Below are positions 1 to 9,893 of a DNA stretch of 64,000 nucleotides, piece after piece; the first letter of the stretch is position 1, and each line of letters opens with the position of its first letter. Source of the DNA: an uncultured Dehalococcoidia bacterium (GTDB taxonomy: Bacteria > Chloroflexota > Dehalococcoidia > Lucifugimonadales > UBA826); contig CAZZBP010000001.1 of the NCBI GenBank assembly GCA_964652755.1, positions 10,872 through 74,871 of the forward strand, written 5' to 3'. Below the pieces are notes generated by a model. The model was not told the DNA's origin. It worked only from the letters and a program-made list of their open reading frames with translations, and searched no databases. A program made the translations under genes and the position numbers.

Positions 1-401
1 CTTTGATGAGGACTATGCAGGCTGGTGCCGAAGGAATAAAGGTTATAGCTTCAGGTAGGCTTGCCGGCGCTGATATAGCTCGCACTGAGAAGGCTCATGA
101 AGGAAGAGTTCCGCTTCATACCCTGAGGGCCGATATCGATTATGGCTTGGCCGAGGCTAGGACAGAATATGGTGTTATAGGCGTAAAGGTATGGATTTGT
201 AAGGGCGAGATCATGAATCCTACGATTATAGGAGAGGTGCTGGATAGCCCGGAAATGACCGCAGCTTCAGCGGCGGAAGATGAGGAAGTTCCTGCCATCC
301 AAGTTCTTGTGACTGCTAACGACGATAATGATGAGCAAGAATCTGATCAGAATCGTAATGCAGATTTGCCAGAATCACCGGAAGAATCTGAGAATTCATA
401 A
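1..401 (+). CDS. rpsC: 30S ribosomal protein S3, C-terminal part (5' end lies outside the window) with a long acidic tail
   Basis: The ORF is open to the window edge. [38 protein letters not shown]...IGVKVWI is the conserved S3 C-terminal domain. It is followed by rplP, as in S10 operons. Confidence 0.9.
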   Translation, partial: LMRTMQAGAEGIKVIASGRLAGADIARTEKAHEGRVPLHTLRADIDYGLAEARTEYGVIGVKVWICKGEIMNPTIIGEVLDSPEMTAASAAEDEEVPAIQVLVTANDDNDEQESDQNRNADLPESPEESENS

Positions 402-447
402 CACTTTTAAAGTTTATCAATATTAATTTAGATAGGTGTGGCTAACG

Positions 448-873
448 ATGTTGCAACCAAAGAGGGTCAAGTACAGGAACCACCACAGGGGTCGCAGAAA
501 GGGTGTGGCGACCGCTGGAAGCACCTTGAATTATGGTGATGTTGGCTTAAAGGCGACTGAAAGTGCTTGGATAACGTCGCGTCAGATTGAGGCGGCACGC
601 CGTGCCATGACCCGATATGCCAGGCGCGGGGGGCGTCTGTGGATTAGGGTATTCCCTGATAAAAGCGTAACAGCAAGAGCTGCGGAGACGCGGATGGGTA
701 AAGGAAAGGGTGCCCCGGACCACTGGGTGGCGGTGGTTAGGCCCGGTAGGGTGCTGTTTGAAATGGCTGGGATTCCTGAGGACACGGCAAAGCACGCTCT
801 GGCATTAGCAGCGTCAAAAATGCCAATGGGCACTCGCATTGTAGTCAGACAGGGTGTGAAAACAAGCATGTAG
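448..873 (+). CDS. rplP: 50S ribosomal protein L16
   Basis: [19 protein letters not shown] is the canonical L16 N-terminus. I placed the start at ATG 448; the GTG 436 in the ORF track would add 4 aa. An AGGTG lies upstream. Confidence 0.93.
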   Translation: MLQPKRVKYRNHHRGRRKGVATAGSTLNYGDVGLKATESAWITSRQIEAARRAMTRYARRGGRLWIRVFPDKSVTARAAETRMGKGKGAPDHWVAVVRPGRVLFEMAGIPEDTAKHALALAASKMPMGTRIVVRQGVKTSM

Positions 874-909
874 TGCCGCTAGATACCTGGTCTTATAAGG
901 GAAACGATA

Positions 910-1116
910 ATGGCAGAAATAGACGACATTAGATCGATGAATGATGAAGATATCTCAGATGAATTTGAGTCAACTCAGAAAGAATTGATGAATCTTCGTT
1001 TTAGGCTAGCGACCATGCAACTTGTGAATGTAAACGAGATTAGGCTCGCGAAAAAAAAGATTGCTCGTATTAAGACAGTTGTCAGAGAAAGGGAGATCGT
1101 AAAGAGTTCCTTATGA
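910..1116 (+). CDS. rpmC: 50S ribosomal protein L29
   Basis: A 68-aa protein containing [28 protein letters not shown]. It occupies the position between rplP and rpsQ. Confidence 0.9.
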   Translation: MAEIDDIRSMNDEDISDEFESTQKELMNLRFRLATMQLVNVNEIRLAKKKIARIKTVVREREIVKSSL

Positions 1117-1445
1117 GTTATGAACGAAGAAAAATAAAAGTTGGGAAAGTCGTAAGCGACAAGATGCATAAGACAATCATAGTGTCTGTAGAGTGGAGAC
1201 AGCCACACAGAATTTACAAGAAGAATGTGAGGAAATGGAGTCGATTTAAGGCCCACGACGAAATGAATCTCTGCAATCTTGGTGACACAGTGCGTATAGT
1301 CGAGACGCGCCCTTTATCAAAGACCAAACGTTGGAAGGTAGCTGAAATTCTTCAAAAAGGTGACGTTGCGGATCTACAACCGGGCGAGATTAGTGTTGAA
1401 GGGGTCGATGAGGCTGGAAGAGAATCCTCAGAGACTACTGGATAG
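1113..1445 (+). CDS. rpsQ: 30S ribosomal protein S17 (acidic C-terminal extension)
   Basis: The [19 protein letters not shown]...H..Y.K motif is present. It has an ATGA overlap with rpmC and conserved order. Confidence 0.9.
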   Translation: MSYERRKIKVGKVVSDKMHKTIIVSVEWRQPHRIYKKNVRKWSRFKAHDEMNLCNLGDTVRIVETRPLSKTKRWKVAEILQKGDVADLQPGEISVEGVDEAGRESSETTG

Positions 1446-1508
1446 GAATAGTTCTGACGACAGAGGCTACGGTACAAAGCTTTTATTGAAATGAGGAAAA
1501 GTTAGACA

Positions 1509-1877
1509 ATGATTCAGCAGTATACAAGACTTAAGGTAGCGGATAATTCTGGCGCCAAAGTTATAAGCTGCATTGGAGTTCCAGGAGGATCTGGGAGAAA
1601 GTACGCCTGGCTTGGGGATGTGATTGTAGCTTCAGTTAAGGAGGCTACGCCGGCAGGTACGGTGAAGAAAGGCGAGGTCATTAAAGCGGTGATTGTTAGA
1701 ACTGCCAAGGCTCACCGAAGAAAAGACGGTTCACATATAAAGTTTGATGAGAACGCTGCAGTGATCATAGGCGACGATAGAATGCCTCGTGGGACTAGGG
1801 TGTTCGGGCCTGTAGCAAGGGAATTAAGAGATAAAGATTTCATGCGAATAGTTTCGCTTGCTCCGGAGGTTCTGTGA
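1509..1877 (+). CDS. rplN: 50S ribosomal protein L14
   Basis: The sequence [24 protein letters not shown]...VRTAK is a near-universal L14 sequence. Confidence 0.95.
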   Translation: MIQQYTRLKVADNSGAKVISCIGVPGGSGRKYAWLGDVIVASVKEATPAGTVKKGEVIKAVIVRTAKAHRRKDGSHIKFDENAAVIIGDDRMPRGTRVFGPVARELRDKDFMRIVSLAPEVL

Positions 1878-2185
1878 TGAAACTTAGGAAAAGCGATAAT
1901 GTGCTTGTAGTCAAGGGTAGAGACAGGGGAAAACAGGGTACTGTACAACAAGTTATTGCTAGCAAAAATAAGGTGCTAATTGAAGGTGTGAATGTTGTTA
2001 AAAGGCATATGAAAGCTCAAGGAATGCGAGGGGCCGAGATTATAGAAAAGGAAATGCCTGTCCCGGCTGCTAACGTGATCCTTATTTGTACTCATTGCCA
2101 AGGCCCCACAAAAATAGCATTTAGGGTGCTAGGGGATAGTACTAAGGCACGTATATGCAAGAAGTGCCAGGAAGTGATTGAATGA
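1877..2185 (+). CDS. rplX: 50S ribosomal protein L24 (with C-terminal CxxC...CxxC motif)
   Basis: [23 protein letters not shown] is a KOW motif. ATG 1877 overlaps the rplN TGA; the ORF track starts one codon earlier at GTG 1874. Confidence 0.9.
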   Translation: MKLRKSDNVLVVKGRDRGKQGTVQQVIASKNKVLIEGVNVVKRHMKAQGMRGAEIIEKEMPVPAANVILICTHCQGPTKIAFRVLGDSTKARICKKCQEVIE

Positions 2186-2766
2186 CGATGAGCGAAGAAT
2201 CGACAAAGATTGGCGCCCCACGCCTCCTTGACAGACTCCGAAACGAAATAGGACCGGAACTGGCAAAAGAGTTCGGTTATTCCAGTGTAATGGAAATTCC
2301 GCGGCTGGAGAAAGTTGTATTAAATATCGGACTTGGAGAGGCTCTGCAAAATAATAAGGCTATTGAAAGCGCGACGTCTGACTTAACACAAATTACCGGC
2401 CAGAAGCCGATAACGACTAGGGCAAAGAAATCGATAGCAGGTTTCAAAATTCGAGAAGGTATGCCTATAGGTGCCAAGGTCACTTTAAGAGGTAGAAGAA
2501 TGTACGAATTTGTTGATAGGTTCCTAAACGCGGCTCTGCCTAGAATTCGTGATTTCCAAGGAATCCCAAGGAATTGCTTCGATGGTAGGGGTAACTGCTC
2601 GATCGGAATACGAGAGCAGACGATATTTCCTGAGATTGATTACAACAGCGTAGACAGGATTAGGGGGCTACAGGTCGTCTTGGTGACAACAGCGAAGAAC
2701 GATCAGGAGGGAATGCGCTTTTTGGAGTTGATGGGAACACCCTTTGTAAAAAGCACGGTTTCATAA
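2182..2766 (+). CDS. rplE: 50S ribosomal protein L5
   Basis: The sequence [17 protein letters not shown]...[25 protein letters not shown] is present. It has an ATGA overlap with rplX. Confidence 0.94.
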   Translation: MTMSEESTKIGAPRLLDRLRNEIGPELAKEFGYSSVMEIPRLEKVVLNIGLGEALQNNKAIESATSDLTQITGQKPITTRAKKSIAGFKIREGMPIGAKVTLRGRRMYEFVDRFLNAALPRIRDFQGIPRNCFDGRGNCSIGIREQTIFPEIDYNSVDRIRGLQVVLVTTAKNDQEGMRFLELMGTPFVKSTVS

Positions 2767-2785
2767 ATAAAGAGAGTAGAGAATT

Positions 2786-2971
2786 TTGCCTAAGAAATCA
2801 AAGATAGAAGCTTGGAAAAGAAGCCCTAAGTTCGATGTACGTGTTCGGAATAGGTGCAATCGATGTGGCAGACCAAGGGGATTTATAAGATATGTAGGTG
2901 TTTGCAGGATTTGCTTCAGACAACTTGCTCACATTGGTCAGCTTCCAGGGGTTAAGAAGGCGAGTTGGTAG
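2786..2971 (+). CDS. rpsN: 30S ribosomal protein S14, short zinc-binding type Z
   Basis: A 61-aa protein with [10 protein letters not shown]...CRICFR (CxxC-x12-CxxC) and a TTG start. It sits between rplE and rpsH. Confidence 0.9.
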   Translation: MPKKSKIEAWKRSPKFDVRVRNRCNRCGRPRGFIRYVGVCRICFRQLAHIGQLPGVKKASW

Positions 2972-3040
2972 TCTTTTTACTTGGTATAAATAGCAAGATT
3001 ATTTTGAATAGTTACAGAATACCCTGAGGAACGAAAAGAA

Positions 3041-3442
3041 ATGGCAATATCCGATCCCATAGCTGATATGCTCACGAGGATTCGCAACGCGATAATGGTC
3101 GGTCACGATTCTGTGAGGATACCAGCATCCAAAATGAAAATTGATATCGCGAGTATCTTAGAGCGAGAAGGATTTGTTTCTACATTTGTAGTTGAGGATG
3201 AAGGAACGAAGGATGCCACAGTGAAGATAGATCTTCATTATTGGAACAAAGGCGAACCAGGCATTACAGGTATCAAGAGAATTAGTAGGCCAGGTCTCCG
3301 CGTATACGTAGGTAAGGGTGAGGTTCCACATGTCTATGGCGGTAGAGGTGTCGCGGTCATGTCGACCAATCAGGGTCTTATGTCAGGGATTCAAGCAAGA
3401 AATAAAGGTGTAGGCGGGGAAGTTCTTTTCTGCGTTTGGTAG
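3041..3442 (+). CDS. rpsH: 30S ribosomal protein S8
   Basis: MAISDPIADMLTRIRNA is the canonical S8 N-terminus. Confidence 0.95.
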   Translation: MAISDPIADMLTRIRNAIMVGHDSVRIPASKMKIDIASILEREGFVSTFVVEDEGTKDATVKIDLHYWNKGEPGITGIKRISRPGLRVYVGKGEVPHVYGGRGVAVMSTNQGLMSGIQARNKGVGGEVLFCVW

Positions 3443-3477
3443 GAAATGTGGATTCAACCTGCAGGCGAGGCAATGAG

Positions 3478-4020
3478 ATGTCGAGAATAGGCAAACAACC
3501 AATAGTAGTCCCTTCAAATGTGGAAGTTAAAATAGACGGTTCCTTTGTTACCGTAACAGGTCCAAAGGGCGAACTATCAAATTCCTTCAATAGCGAGATG
3601 AATATTTCTGAGAGGGATGGAGAGATTTCTGTAAAGCGGCCTAGCGATGAATCTCAACATAAAGCTTTTCACGGTCTTACGAGGAGTTTAATTGCCAACA
3701 TGGTAACTGGTGTCAGCGACGGGTATGAGAAAAATCTCGAATTGGTGGGGGTCGGTTATCGGGTCCAACAAACCGGTAAAGGCATATCCCTTAGCGTAAT
3801 GTTGAGCCATACAGTTCTTATTGAACCGCCTGAAGGCGTGACCTTGGAAGTGTTAGAAGGTAACAGAATAAAGGTTTCCGGAATAAATAAGCAGGCGGTA
3901 GGCCAGATAGCCGCACAAATACGCAAAGTAAGACCTCCTAATGTATATACCGGCAAGGGAATTCGTTATGTAGGTGAATATGTACGAATTAAGCCTGGTA
4001 AAAGCGCAAGGAGGGCCTAA
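3478..4020 (+). CDS. rplF: 50S ribosomal protein L6
   Basis: MSRIGKQPIVVPSNVEV is the canonical L6 start, preceded by GAGG. The upstream ORF-track extension from 3436 overlaps rpsH and is unlikely to be real. Confidence 0.92.
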   Translation: MSRIGKQPIVVPSNVEVKIDGSFVTVTGPKGELSNSFNSEMNISERDGEISVKRPSDESQHKAFHGLTRSLIANMVTGVSDGYEKNLELVGVGYRVQQTGKGISLSVMLSHTVLIEPPEGVTLEVLEGNRIKVSGINKQAVGQIAAQIRKVRPPNVYTGKGIRYVGEYVRIKPGKSARRA

Positions 4021-4023
4021 TAT

Positions 4024-4395
4024 ATGAGTCAGAACAGTGGCAAAGCCCAACGTGTAGCTAGGCACTCCCGCGTACGCAACAAAGTTTCTGGTACGGCCGA
4101 GAGGCCACGTCTCGCGGTATTCAGGAGTCTAAAGAATATATACGTTCAGATCATAGATGATCAGTCTGGCAACACTATTGTCTCAGCCTCTAGCCTGGAA
4201 GATAAAGTGAAGGATAAGAATATTGCTGATAATTCAGGCAAAACGAATATTTCAGTAGTGGTAGGCCAAGTGGTAGCGGAGCGGGCCAAAAAGAAAGGTA
4301 TAGGCACGGTAGTCTTCGACCGTGGAGGCTACAAATTCCATGGTAGAGTCAAGGCGGTAGCGGAGGGGGCCAGAGAAGAAGGACTCATATTTTAA
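4024..4395 (+). CDS. rplR: 50S ribosomal protein L18
   Basis: The sequence [20 protein letters not shown]...[24 protein letters not shown] is present. Confidence 0.94.
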   Translation: MSQNSGKAQRVARHSRVRNKVSGTAERPRLAVFRSLKNIYVQIIDDQSGNTIVSASSLEDKVKDKNIADNSGKTNISVVVGQVVAERAKKKGIGTVVFDRGGYKFHGRVKAVAEGAREEGLIF

Positions 4396-4424
4396 CCCTT
4401 TATTAGGAATCGGGGGATTATAAG

Positions 4425-4997
4425 ATGGTGAACCAGCAGCAAAGGAGAAGGCGAAATAGAGGAGAGGAAGATGATTCCTCCGGCCTCACAGAACGAACAG
4501 TGCGAATAAATAGGGTATCCAAAGTCATTAAAGGTGGAAGACATCTTAGTTTCAGTGCGATGGTAGTGGTTGGTGATGGGGAAGGCAAAGTTGGCATTGG
4601 AATGGGAAAGGCAGATGCCGTACCTGATGCGATACGCAAAGGTTCCACTTACGCTCAGAAAAGCATGATTGATGTTCCAATGAAGGGGGATACCATCCCT
4701 CATGAGATCACAGTGAAATTCGGCGGTACTGTCGTTATGCTCAAACCGGCAAGACCAGGTACCGGAGTAATTGCGGGAGAGTCAGTCAGGGCAGTTGTTG
4801 AGCTTGCTGGGATCAAAGATATTGTCTCAAAGGTTCGCAGAAGTACTAATCCGACCAACGTTGTCAAAGCAACCCTTCAGGGTTTGCAAAGAATGAAAGA
4901 TCCAGATATTGAAGTTTCAAGAAGACGAGAATTTGCACAAAGGTCAATTACAGCTTCCCAAGAAACGGAAGAAATTGCTGAACTCGTGGAAGGATAA
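4425..4997 (+). CDS. rpsE: 30S ribosomal protein S5
   Basis: The sequence [37 protein letters not shown] is present, and gene order is conserved. Confidence 0.94.
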   Translation: MVNQQQRRRRNRGEEDDSSGLTERTVRINRVSKVIKGGRHLSFSAMVVVGDGEGKVGIGMGKADAVPDAIRKGSTYAQKSMIDVPMKGDTIPHEITVKFGGTVVMLKPARPGTGVIAGESVRAVVELAGIKDIVSKVRRSTNPTNVVKATLQGLQRMKDPDIEVSRRREFAQRSITASQETEEIAELVEG

Positions 4998-5012
4998 ACG
5001 CAGGTAATTCAC

Positions 5013-5195
5013 ATGGCGAAGATAGTGGTCACTCTAAGAAAAAGTACTATAGGTTATTCCCACAGGCAAAGAAGGGTAATAGAAAGTCTTGGTCTCAAGC
5101 GGATCAACCACTCGGTTGAACACCAATGTAGTCCCTCTATCATGGGTATGGTAAAAAAGGTCAGCCATCTGGTTGAAGTTGAGGAATTGAGTTAG
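5013..5195 (+). CDS. rpmD: 50S ribosomal protein L30
   Basis: A 60-aa protein with VTLRKSTIGYSHRQRRVIESLGLKRINHSV. It sits after rpsE. Confidence 0.88.
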   Translation: MAKIVVTLRKSTIGYSHRQRRVIESLGLKRINHSVEHQCSPSIMGMVKKVSHLVEVEELS

Positions 5196-5233
5196 CTAAG
5201 TCAGGTCTTAAATACGGTCTAGGAATCATTTAA

Positions 5234-5686
5234 ATGGCACTAAATCAGCATACTATTCGGCCGGCCAAGGCCAAAAAAAACAAGAAGAGAGTTGGACGCG
5301 GAGATGCAAGCGGGTCAGGCAGCTATTCGGGCAAGGGGATGAAAGGCCAGAATTCCAGATCTGGAGGTGGCGTTAGGGTTGGTTTTGAAGGAGGGCAACT
5401 CCCTTTAATAAAAAGACTTCCTTCAATGAGAGGCTTTAATAACATATTCAAACGGCAATATAATGTTGTTAATCTCGATACCCTATCCCGGATTTGCCCA
5501 GATGGGGGTGCCATCACTGCTGAGGTACTCGTTGATGCCGGTGTTTTTAAGAATACAAACAAGCACCTCAAGGTTCTTGGTAGAGGAAATGTAACGGCGG
5601 CTTTTAACATTACGGCCCATAAGTTTTCAATCGCGGCCAAAGATAAGATTGAAGCTGCGGGCGGTTCCGCTAAGGTCATCGATTAG
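5234..5686 (+). CDS. rplO: 50S ribosomal protein L15
   Basis: The sequence KKRVGRG.ASG.G..SGKG.KGQNSRSGGGVR.GFEGGQLPL is present. Confidence 0.93.
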   Translation: MALNQHTIRPAKAKKNKKRVGRGDASGSGSYSGKGMKGQNSRSGGGVRVGFEGGQLPLIKRLPSMRGFNNIFKRQYNVVNLDTLSRICPDGGAITAEVLVDAGVFKNTNKHLKVLGRGNVTAAFNITAHKFSIAAKDKIEAAGGSAKVID

Positions 5687-7027
5687 ATGGTTCGACAGTC
5701 CCCATCTGCAAGGGGTGAACAGGTCTCTCGACCTCAGCTCATCCAATCCATGCTGGACGCAATGCGCGTTCCAGAGCTTAGATCTAAAATTCTCTTCACT
5801 TTTGCAATGTTGCTCATATTTCGGTTTGTGGCGCACGTTCCAGTTCCAGGAGTTGATACTCAGGCTCTCGCGCAAGCATTTCGCCAACAGGCACTTTTGG
5901 GATTTCTAGATCTTTTTAGCGGCGGTGCCTTAGCAAATCTTAGCGTGGCGGCACTGGGGGTATATCCCTACATCACCGCCTCTATAGTTATGCAGATTCT
6001 CACTCCTGTTCTTCCATCGTTGAAGGAGTTATCCCAAGAAGGGGATTACGGTAGACAAAAGATTAACCAGTACACTCATTATCTTACGGTGCCGATCGCG
6101 TTCTTACAGGGGTGGGGACAGTTAACCCTACTCAGGTCTTCTGGAGTGCTGCCAGGAGTCGACTTTGGTTTAAACTTGCATACCTTTGCGATGATGGCTT
6201 CTTTAGTTGCTGGGACAATGTTTCTCGTCTGGCTTGGCGAGTTGATAACAGAGAGAGGATTGGGCAATGGTATATCACTCATAATATTTGGCGGTATAGT
6301 TGCTAGCTTCCCTCAGATGGTTGGCAGAGGTTTTCTCGAGAGCGATTATGTGTCAGGTCTTATGATGCTCGCAATCATAGGATTTGCGATCATCTTCGTA
6401 ATCGTTTTTTTCAACGAAGCTCAACGTAGAATACCTGTTCAATACGGTCGTAGTGTTTTTAGAGGCGGAAGGATGCAGAGGCAAAGTGGATCATCTTTTC
6501 TTCCTATCAGGGTAAATACAGCGGGAATGATTCCCCTAATATTCGCCTTCTCCATCATAATACTTCCTGGCACTATAGCGAGTTACTTTCGGAATCCTCT
6601 CGATGATGGCTTCGTTAGTACTGTTGCACAGTTTTTTACAGATACGTTGGATCCAACCAATCTGCCATATTGGATTGCAGTTTTCTTTTTGGTTGTAATA
6701 TTCACTTTCTTCTACACATTAGTTATATTTCAGCAGCAGAATCTAGCAGAGAATCTTCAAAAAAACGGGGGATTCATACCCGGAATAAGGCCTGGCTTAC
6801 CTACGCAAGATTACCTGAATCGGGTGATACTCAGAATAACTTGGGGGGGTGCGTTATTTCTAGGAGCTATCGCTATAATCCCCTACTTTGTAACCGAATT
6901 GACTGGGGTCAGAGCACTAACATTGAGCAGCACTAGTTTACTCATTATGGTCGGAGTAGCACTCGACACTATGAGGCAACTTGAAGCACAGCTCTTAATG
7001 AGGAACTACGAAGGGTTTATAAGGTAA
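5687..7027 (+). CDS. secY: preprotein translocase subunit SecY
   Basis: A polytopic membrane protein with PELRSKILFTFAMLLIFRFVAHVPVPGVD and GISLIIFGGIV. It sits after rplO. The start is uncertain (ATG 5687 or the internal Met at 5750). Confidence 0.93.
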   Translation: MVRQSPSARGEQVSRPQLIQSMLDAMRVPELRSKILFTFAMLLIFRFVAHVPVPGVDTQALAQAFRQQALLGFLDLFSGGALANLSVAALGVYPYITASIVMQILTPVLPSLKELSQEGDYGRQKINQYTHYLTVPIAFLQGWGQLTLLRSSGVLPGVDFGLNLHTFAMMASLVAGTMFLVWLGELITERGLGNGISLIIFGGIVASFPQMVGRGFLESDYVSGLMMLAIIGFAIIFVIVFFNEAQRRIPVQYGRSVFRGGRMQRQSGSSFLPIRVNTAGMIPLIFAFSIIILPGTIASYFRNPLDDGFVSTVAQFFTDTLDPTNLPYWIAVFFLVVIFTFFYTLVIFQQQNLAENLQKNGGFIPGIRPGLPTQDYLNRVILRITWGGALFLGAIAIIPYFVTELTGVRALTLSSTSLLIMVGVALDTMRQLEAQLLMRNYEGFIR

Positions 7028-7059
7028 AAGTTGAAAAGCGAATTGGGAGAAAGATCCTT

Positions 7060-7698
7060 TTGAAGATTATTCTTGTGGGGCCCCCGGGATCCGGCAAAGG
7101 TACCCAGGCAGGTCACATAGCATCTATGTTTGGCGTTACCAGTGTTTCTTCGGGAGATCTTTTTAGGGATAATTTGACGAAAAATACTGAACTGGGTAAA
7201 CTTGCAAAGGGTTTTATGGATAAAGGTGAATATGTTCCCGATGAAGTGACCATTGACATGGTTATGGGATGGATTGAGACTCCGACTCACTCCAGAGGTT
7301 TCGTGCTAGATGGCTTCCCTCGCACACTTGCTCAGGCTGAGGCTTTAGAAAGTAGGTTGCTGGGCAGTGGAGGGATAGACAGGGTCTTATTTTTTATTGT
7401 GGATGAGGATGTACTTGTAGATCGGCTGTCTGGTCGACTGATTTGCCAAGGGTGCCATATGCCATACCATAAAATATTTGCCCCTCCCTTGATAGCTGAC
7501 AAGTGCAACTCTTGCGGTGGGGAGCTTTATCAACGAGATGACGACAAAGTCGATGTAATTAGGAATCGTCTTGAGGTTTATATGCAAGAAACTGAGCCCC
7601 TTGTGAATCATTTTCGCGAGTCAGGCAATCTTCGGGAAATTGACGGGTCTTTGGGAATCAACGATGTAAAACGTGCGATCGAAAAGGCTGTGAGGTGA
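7060..7698 (+). CDS. adk: adenylate kinase with 4-Cys zinc lid
   Basis: It has the P-loop GPPGSGKGTQ and the lid CQGC...CNSCGG. It uses a TTG start. Confidence 0.93.
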   Translation: MKIILVGPPGSGKGTQAGHIASMFGVTSVSSGDLFRDNLTKNTELGKLAKGFMDKGEYVPDEVTIDMVMGWIETPTHSRGFVLDGFPRTLAQAEALESRLLGSGGIDRVLFFIVDEDVLVDRLSGRLICQGCHMPYHKIFAPPLIADKCNSCGGELYQRDDDKVDVIRNRLEVYMQETEPLVNHFRESGNLREIDGSLGINDVKRAIEKAVR

Positions 7699-7762
7699 TG
7701 CGAGAAGCGGTTCATTGTATAATATGGCTTCGCCTCTCTCAGACATTAATGAGGGTTGATTC

Positions 7763-8545
7763 ATGAATACAATTACTAGAGGAGCAGATGGAATAACAAT
7801 AAAGTCCCCAAGGGAACTGAATCTTATGAGAGAGGCGGGTAAGGTCGTTGCAGAGGCCAAAGTTGCTGTCAGGAATGCGGTTCAGCCAGGTGCTACTAGC
7901 AGAGATATGGACGCTTTAGCTGAGGAAGTAATTCGGGGAAAGGGAGCTATCCCATCCTTTAAAGGATATAAACCTACTTCGAGTAAACCTTTTCCAGCGA
8001 CGATATGTTTTTCGTTTAATGAGGAGATAGTTCATGGTATTCCCGGAGATAGAAAAATGAGAGAAGGGGATATCGTCAGCATTGACTTTGGGGCTATTGT
8101 GGATGGATTTCATGGTGACAGTGCATTCACAATGGGGGTGGGAGAAATATCGGAGAAAGCAAACCTGCTCATTAAAGCGACAAAGGAATCGCTTGATGAG
8201 GGCATAAAAAAAGCGATTCCTGGTACAAGGCTTACTAATATCTCTCATGCTGTACAAAAGTATGCTGAGGGTAAGGGGTTTTCTGTGGTTCGTGAATATG
8301 TGGGTCATGGAATTGGCAGGGCGCTTCATGAGGAACCACAGGTGCCTAACTACGGTAAACCTGGACTTGGCCCGCGACTGCGACCCGGAATGGCGTTGGC
8401 TATTGAACCAATGCTTAATATAGGTACTTGGCGTACCAAAGGCCTCGGAGATGGATGGACAATTGTGACCGCGGACGGGGAGCTATCGGCTCACTTTGAA
8501 CACACAATTGCAATAACAGAGAATGGTCCTGAAATTCTTACTTGA
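7763..8545 (+). CDS. map: type I methionine aminopeptidase
   Basis: Metal-site motifs are present: EEIVHGIP, DFGAIVDGFHGD, VREYVGHGIG, ALAIEPM, HFEHT. Confidence 0.93.
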   Translation: MNTITRGADGITIKSPRELNLMREAGKVVAEAKVAVRNAVQPGATSRDMDALAEEVIRGKGAIPSFKGYKPTSSKPFPATICFSFNEEIVHGIPGDRKMREGDIVSIDFGAIVDGFHGDSAFTMGVGEISEKANLLIKATKESLDEGIKKAIPGTRLTNISHAVQKYAEGKGFSVVREYVGHGIGRALHEEPQVPNYGKPGLGPRLRPGMALAIEPMLNIGTWRTKGLGDGWTIVTADGELSAHFEHTIAITENGPEILT

Positions 8546-8596
8546 ACATGTGTGTCAAAGAATTTTGGAATGGGCTCGCCTTTGCTAAGGAGTTAT

Positions 8597-8818
8597 ATGC
8601 CGAAAGAGAACGAATCAATAGAAGTGGAAGGGACAGTTAAAGTAGCCCTCCCAAACGCTTCATTTAAGGTAGAGTTGGCCAATGGCCACGAAGTATTAGC
8701 CTATATTTCTGGAAAACTACGGGTTAATTACATTCGGGTGCTTCCCGGTGACAGAGTTTTGGTGGACCTATCTCCATACGACCTTTCCAGGGGTAGGATT
8801 ACTTACAGGTTCCGATAA
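8597..8818 (+). CDS. infA: translation initiation factor IF-1
   Basis: The sequence IEVEGTV...[32 protein letters not shown] is present. An AAGGAG RBS lies before ATG 8597. The ORF-track start at 8552 adds 15 non-conserved residues. Confidence 0.92.
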   Translation: MPKENESIEVEGTVKVALPNASFKVELANGHEVLAYISGKLRVNYIRVLPGDRVLVDLSPYDLSRGRITYRFR

Positions 8819-8866
8819 GGTTTGGCCTCATTGCGGCAACAGAGATTTGGGAATAGGAGAAACTAG

Positions 8867-8980
8867 ATGAAAGTAAGCGCATCAATAAAGGTCAGATGTG
8901 CCAAATGTAGGGTCATACGACGAAAGGGCCGTGCAATGATCATTTGTGAAAACCCAAAACACAAACAACGGCAAGGTTAA
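8867..8980 (+). CDS. rpmJ: 50S ribosomal protein L36 (zinc-ribbon type)
   Basis: This ORF is not in the ORF track (37 aa). My own translation gives [45 protein letters not shown] is present. It sits between infA and rpsM. Confidence 0.9.
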   Translation: MKVSASIKVRCAKCRVIRRKGRAMIICENPKHKQRQG

Positions 8981-9002
8981 TAAGGGAAGACGGGAGTTTG
9001 AA

Positions 9003-9380
9003 ATGGCTATAGTTTCTGGCGTAAACATACCTGACAATAAGAGGGTCGAGACTGCGCTCACAAGCATCTACGGCATAGGTCCGTCACAGTCGAAGGACGT
9101 ACTAGATAAGGCTGGGTTATTCGATAACCCCAGAGTTAGAGATCTTTCAGACGAAGACCTTAATCGTATAAGGGAAATTATTGATAAAGATAAGGTTGTA
9201 GAAGGAGATCTCCGTCGTGATGTGAATCAGAATATAAGGCGGCTTATAGATATTGGGTGCTACAGAGGCAGCAGACATCGTAGAGCTCTGCCCGTGCGAG
9301 GCCAAAGGACGAAAACCAACGCCCGATCCAAGAGGGGTCGAAGGATAGCAGTCGCTCGCCGACACACAACAACCAAATAA
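9003..9380 (+). CDS. rpsM: 30S ribosomal protein S13
   Basis: MAIVSGVNIPDNKRVETALTSIYGIG is the canonical N-terminus. GGGAG lies before ATG 9003. The ORF-track start at 8946 overlaps rpmJ. Confidence 0.93.
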   Translation: MAIVSGVNIPDNKRVETALTSIYGIGPSQSKDVLDKAGLFDNPRVRDLSDEDLNRIREIIDKDKVVEGDLRRDVNQNIRRLIDIGCYRGSRHRRALPVRGQRTKTNARSKRGRRIAVARRHTTTK

Positions 9381-9456
9381 TTGATTAATAGTAATGACGA
9401 TTTTCGTTTAAGCGAAAATAGAGCTAGCATGCAAAGAGTCTGGAGAAGTAAAATTT

Positions 9457-9843
9457 ATGGCTAGAAGACCACGGGCAAGGCGACGGGATAGAGGACCAGT
9501 ACCCATTGGTAAAGTGTATATCCAATCCACTTTCAACAACACGATCGTTACTTTAACCGATCCGACTGGTAATGCTGTCGCGTGGGGTAGTTCAGGTACG
9601 GCCGGATTCAGAGGTTCTCGTAAGTCAACAGCATTCGCTGCCCAGAGGGCCGGTGAAGATGCTGCGAAAAAAGCTATCGAACGGGGAATGAGACAGGTGG
9701 ACGCATTCGTTAGAGGTCCGGGCGCAGGCCGAGAGGCGGCGATTAGGGCGATCCAAAGTGCTGGTATATCGGTCTCGAGTATTAGAGACGTAACACCAAT
9801 CCCACATAACGGTTGTAGGCCTCCAAAAAGGAGAAGGGTCTAG
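9457..9843 (+). CDS. rpsK: 30S ribosomal protein S11
   Basis: The sequence [17 protein letters not shown]...W.S.G..GF.GSRKST.FAAQ is present. Confidence 0.94.
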   Translation: MARRPRARRRDRGPVPIGKVYIQSTFNNTIVTLTDPTGNAVAWGSSGTAGFRGSRKSTAFAAQRAGEDAAKKAIERGMRQVDAFVRGPGAGREAAIRAIQSAGISVSSIRDVTPIPHNGCRPPKRRRV

Positions 9844-9893
9844 TCGATTTGTTGAGAATGCCCACAATAGCCCCGTAAGCGGAATTCTAAGAA

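Noticed and set aside
547-869. Two antisense ORFs (82 and 95 aa) inside rplP
   Set aside because: They lie entirely within the strongly conserved L16 coding sequence on the opposite strand. Their composition is Pro/Arg/Ser-rich and they carry no motif. These are shadow ORFs.
5687-5749. Possible over-extended SecY N-terminus (21 residues before MLDAMRVPELRSK)
   Set aside because: Both starts are plausible. ATG 5687 abuts the rplO stop, which would suggest coupling. I kept the long form but flagged the uncertainty rather than reporting it as a finding.
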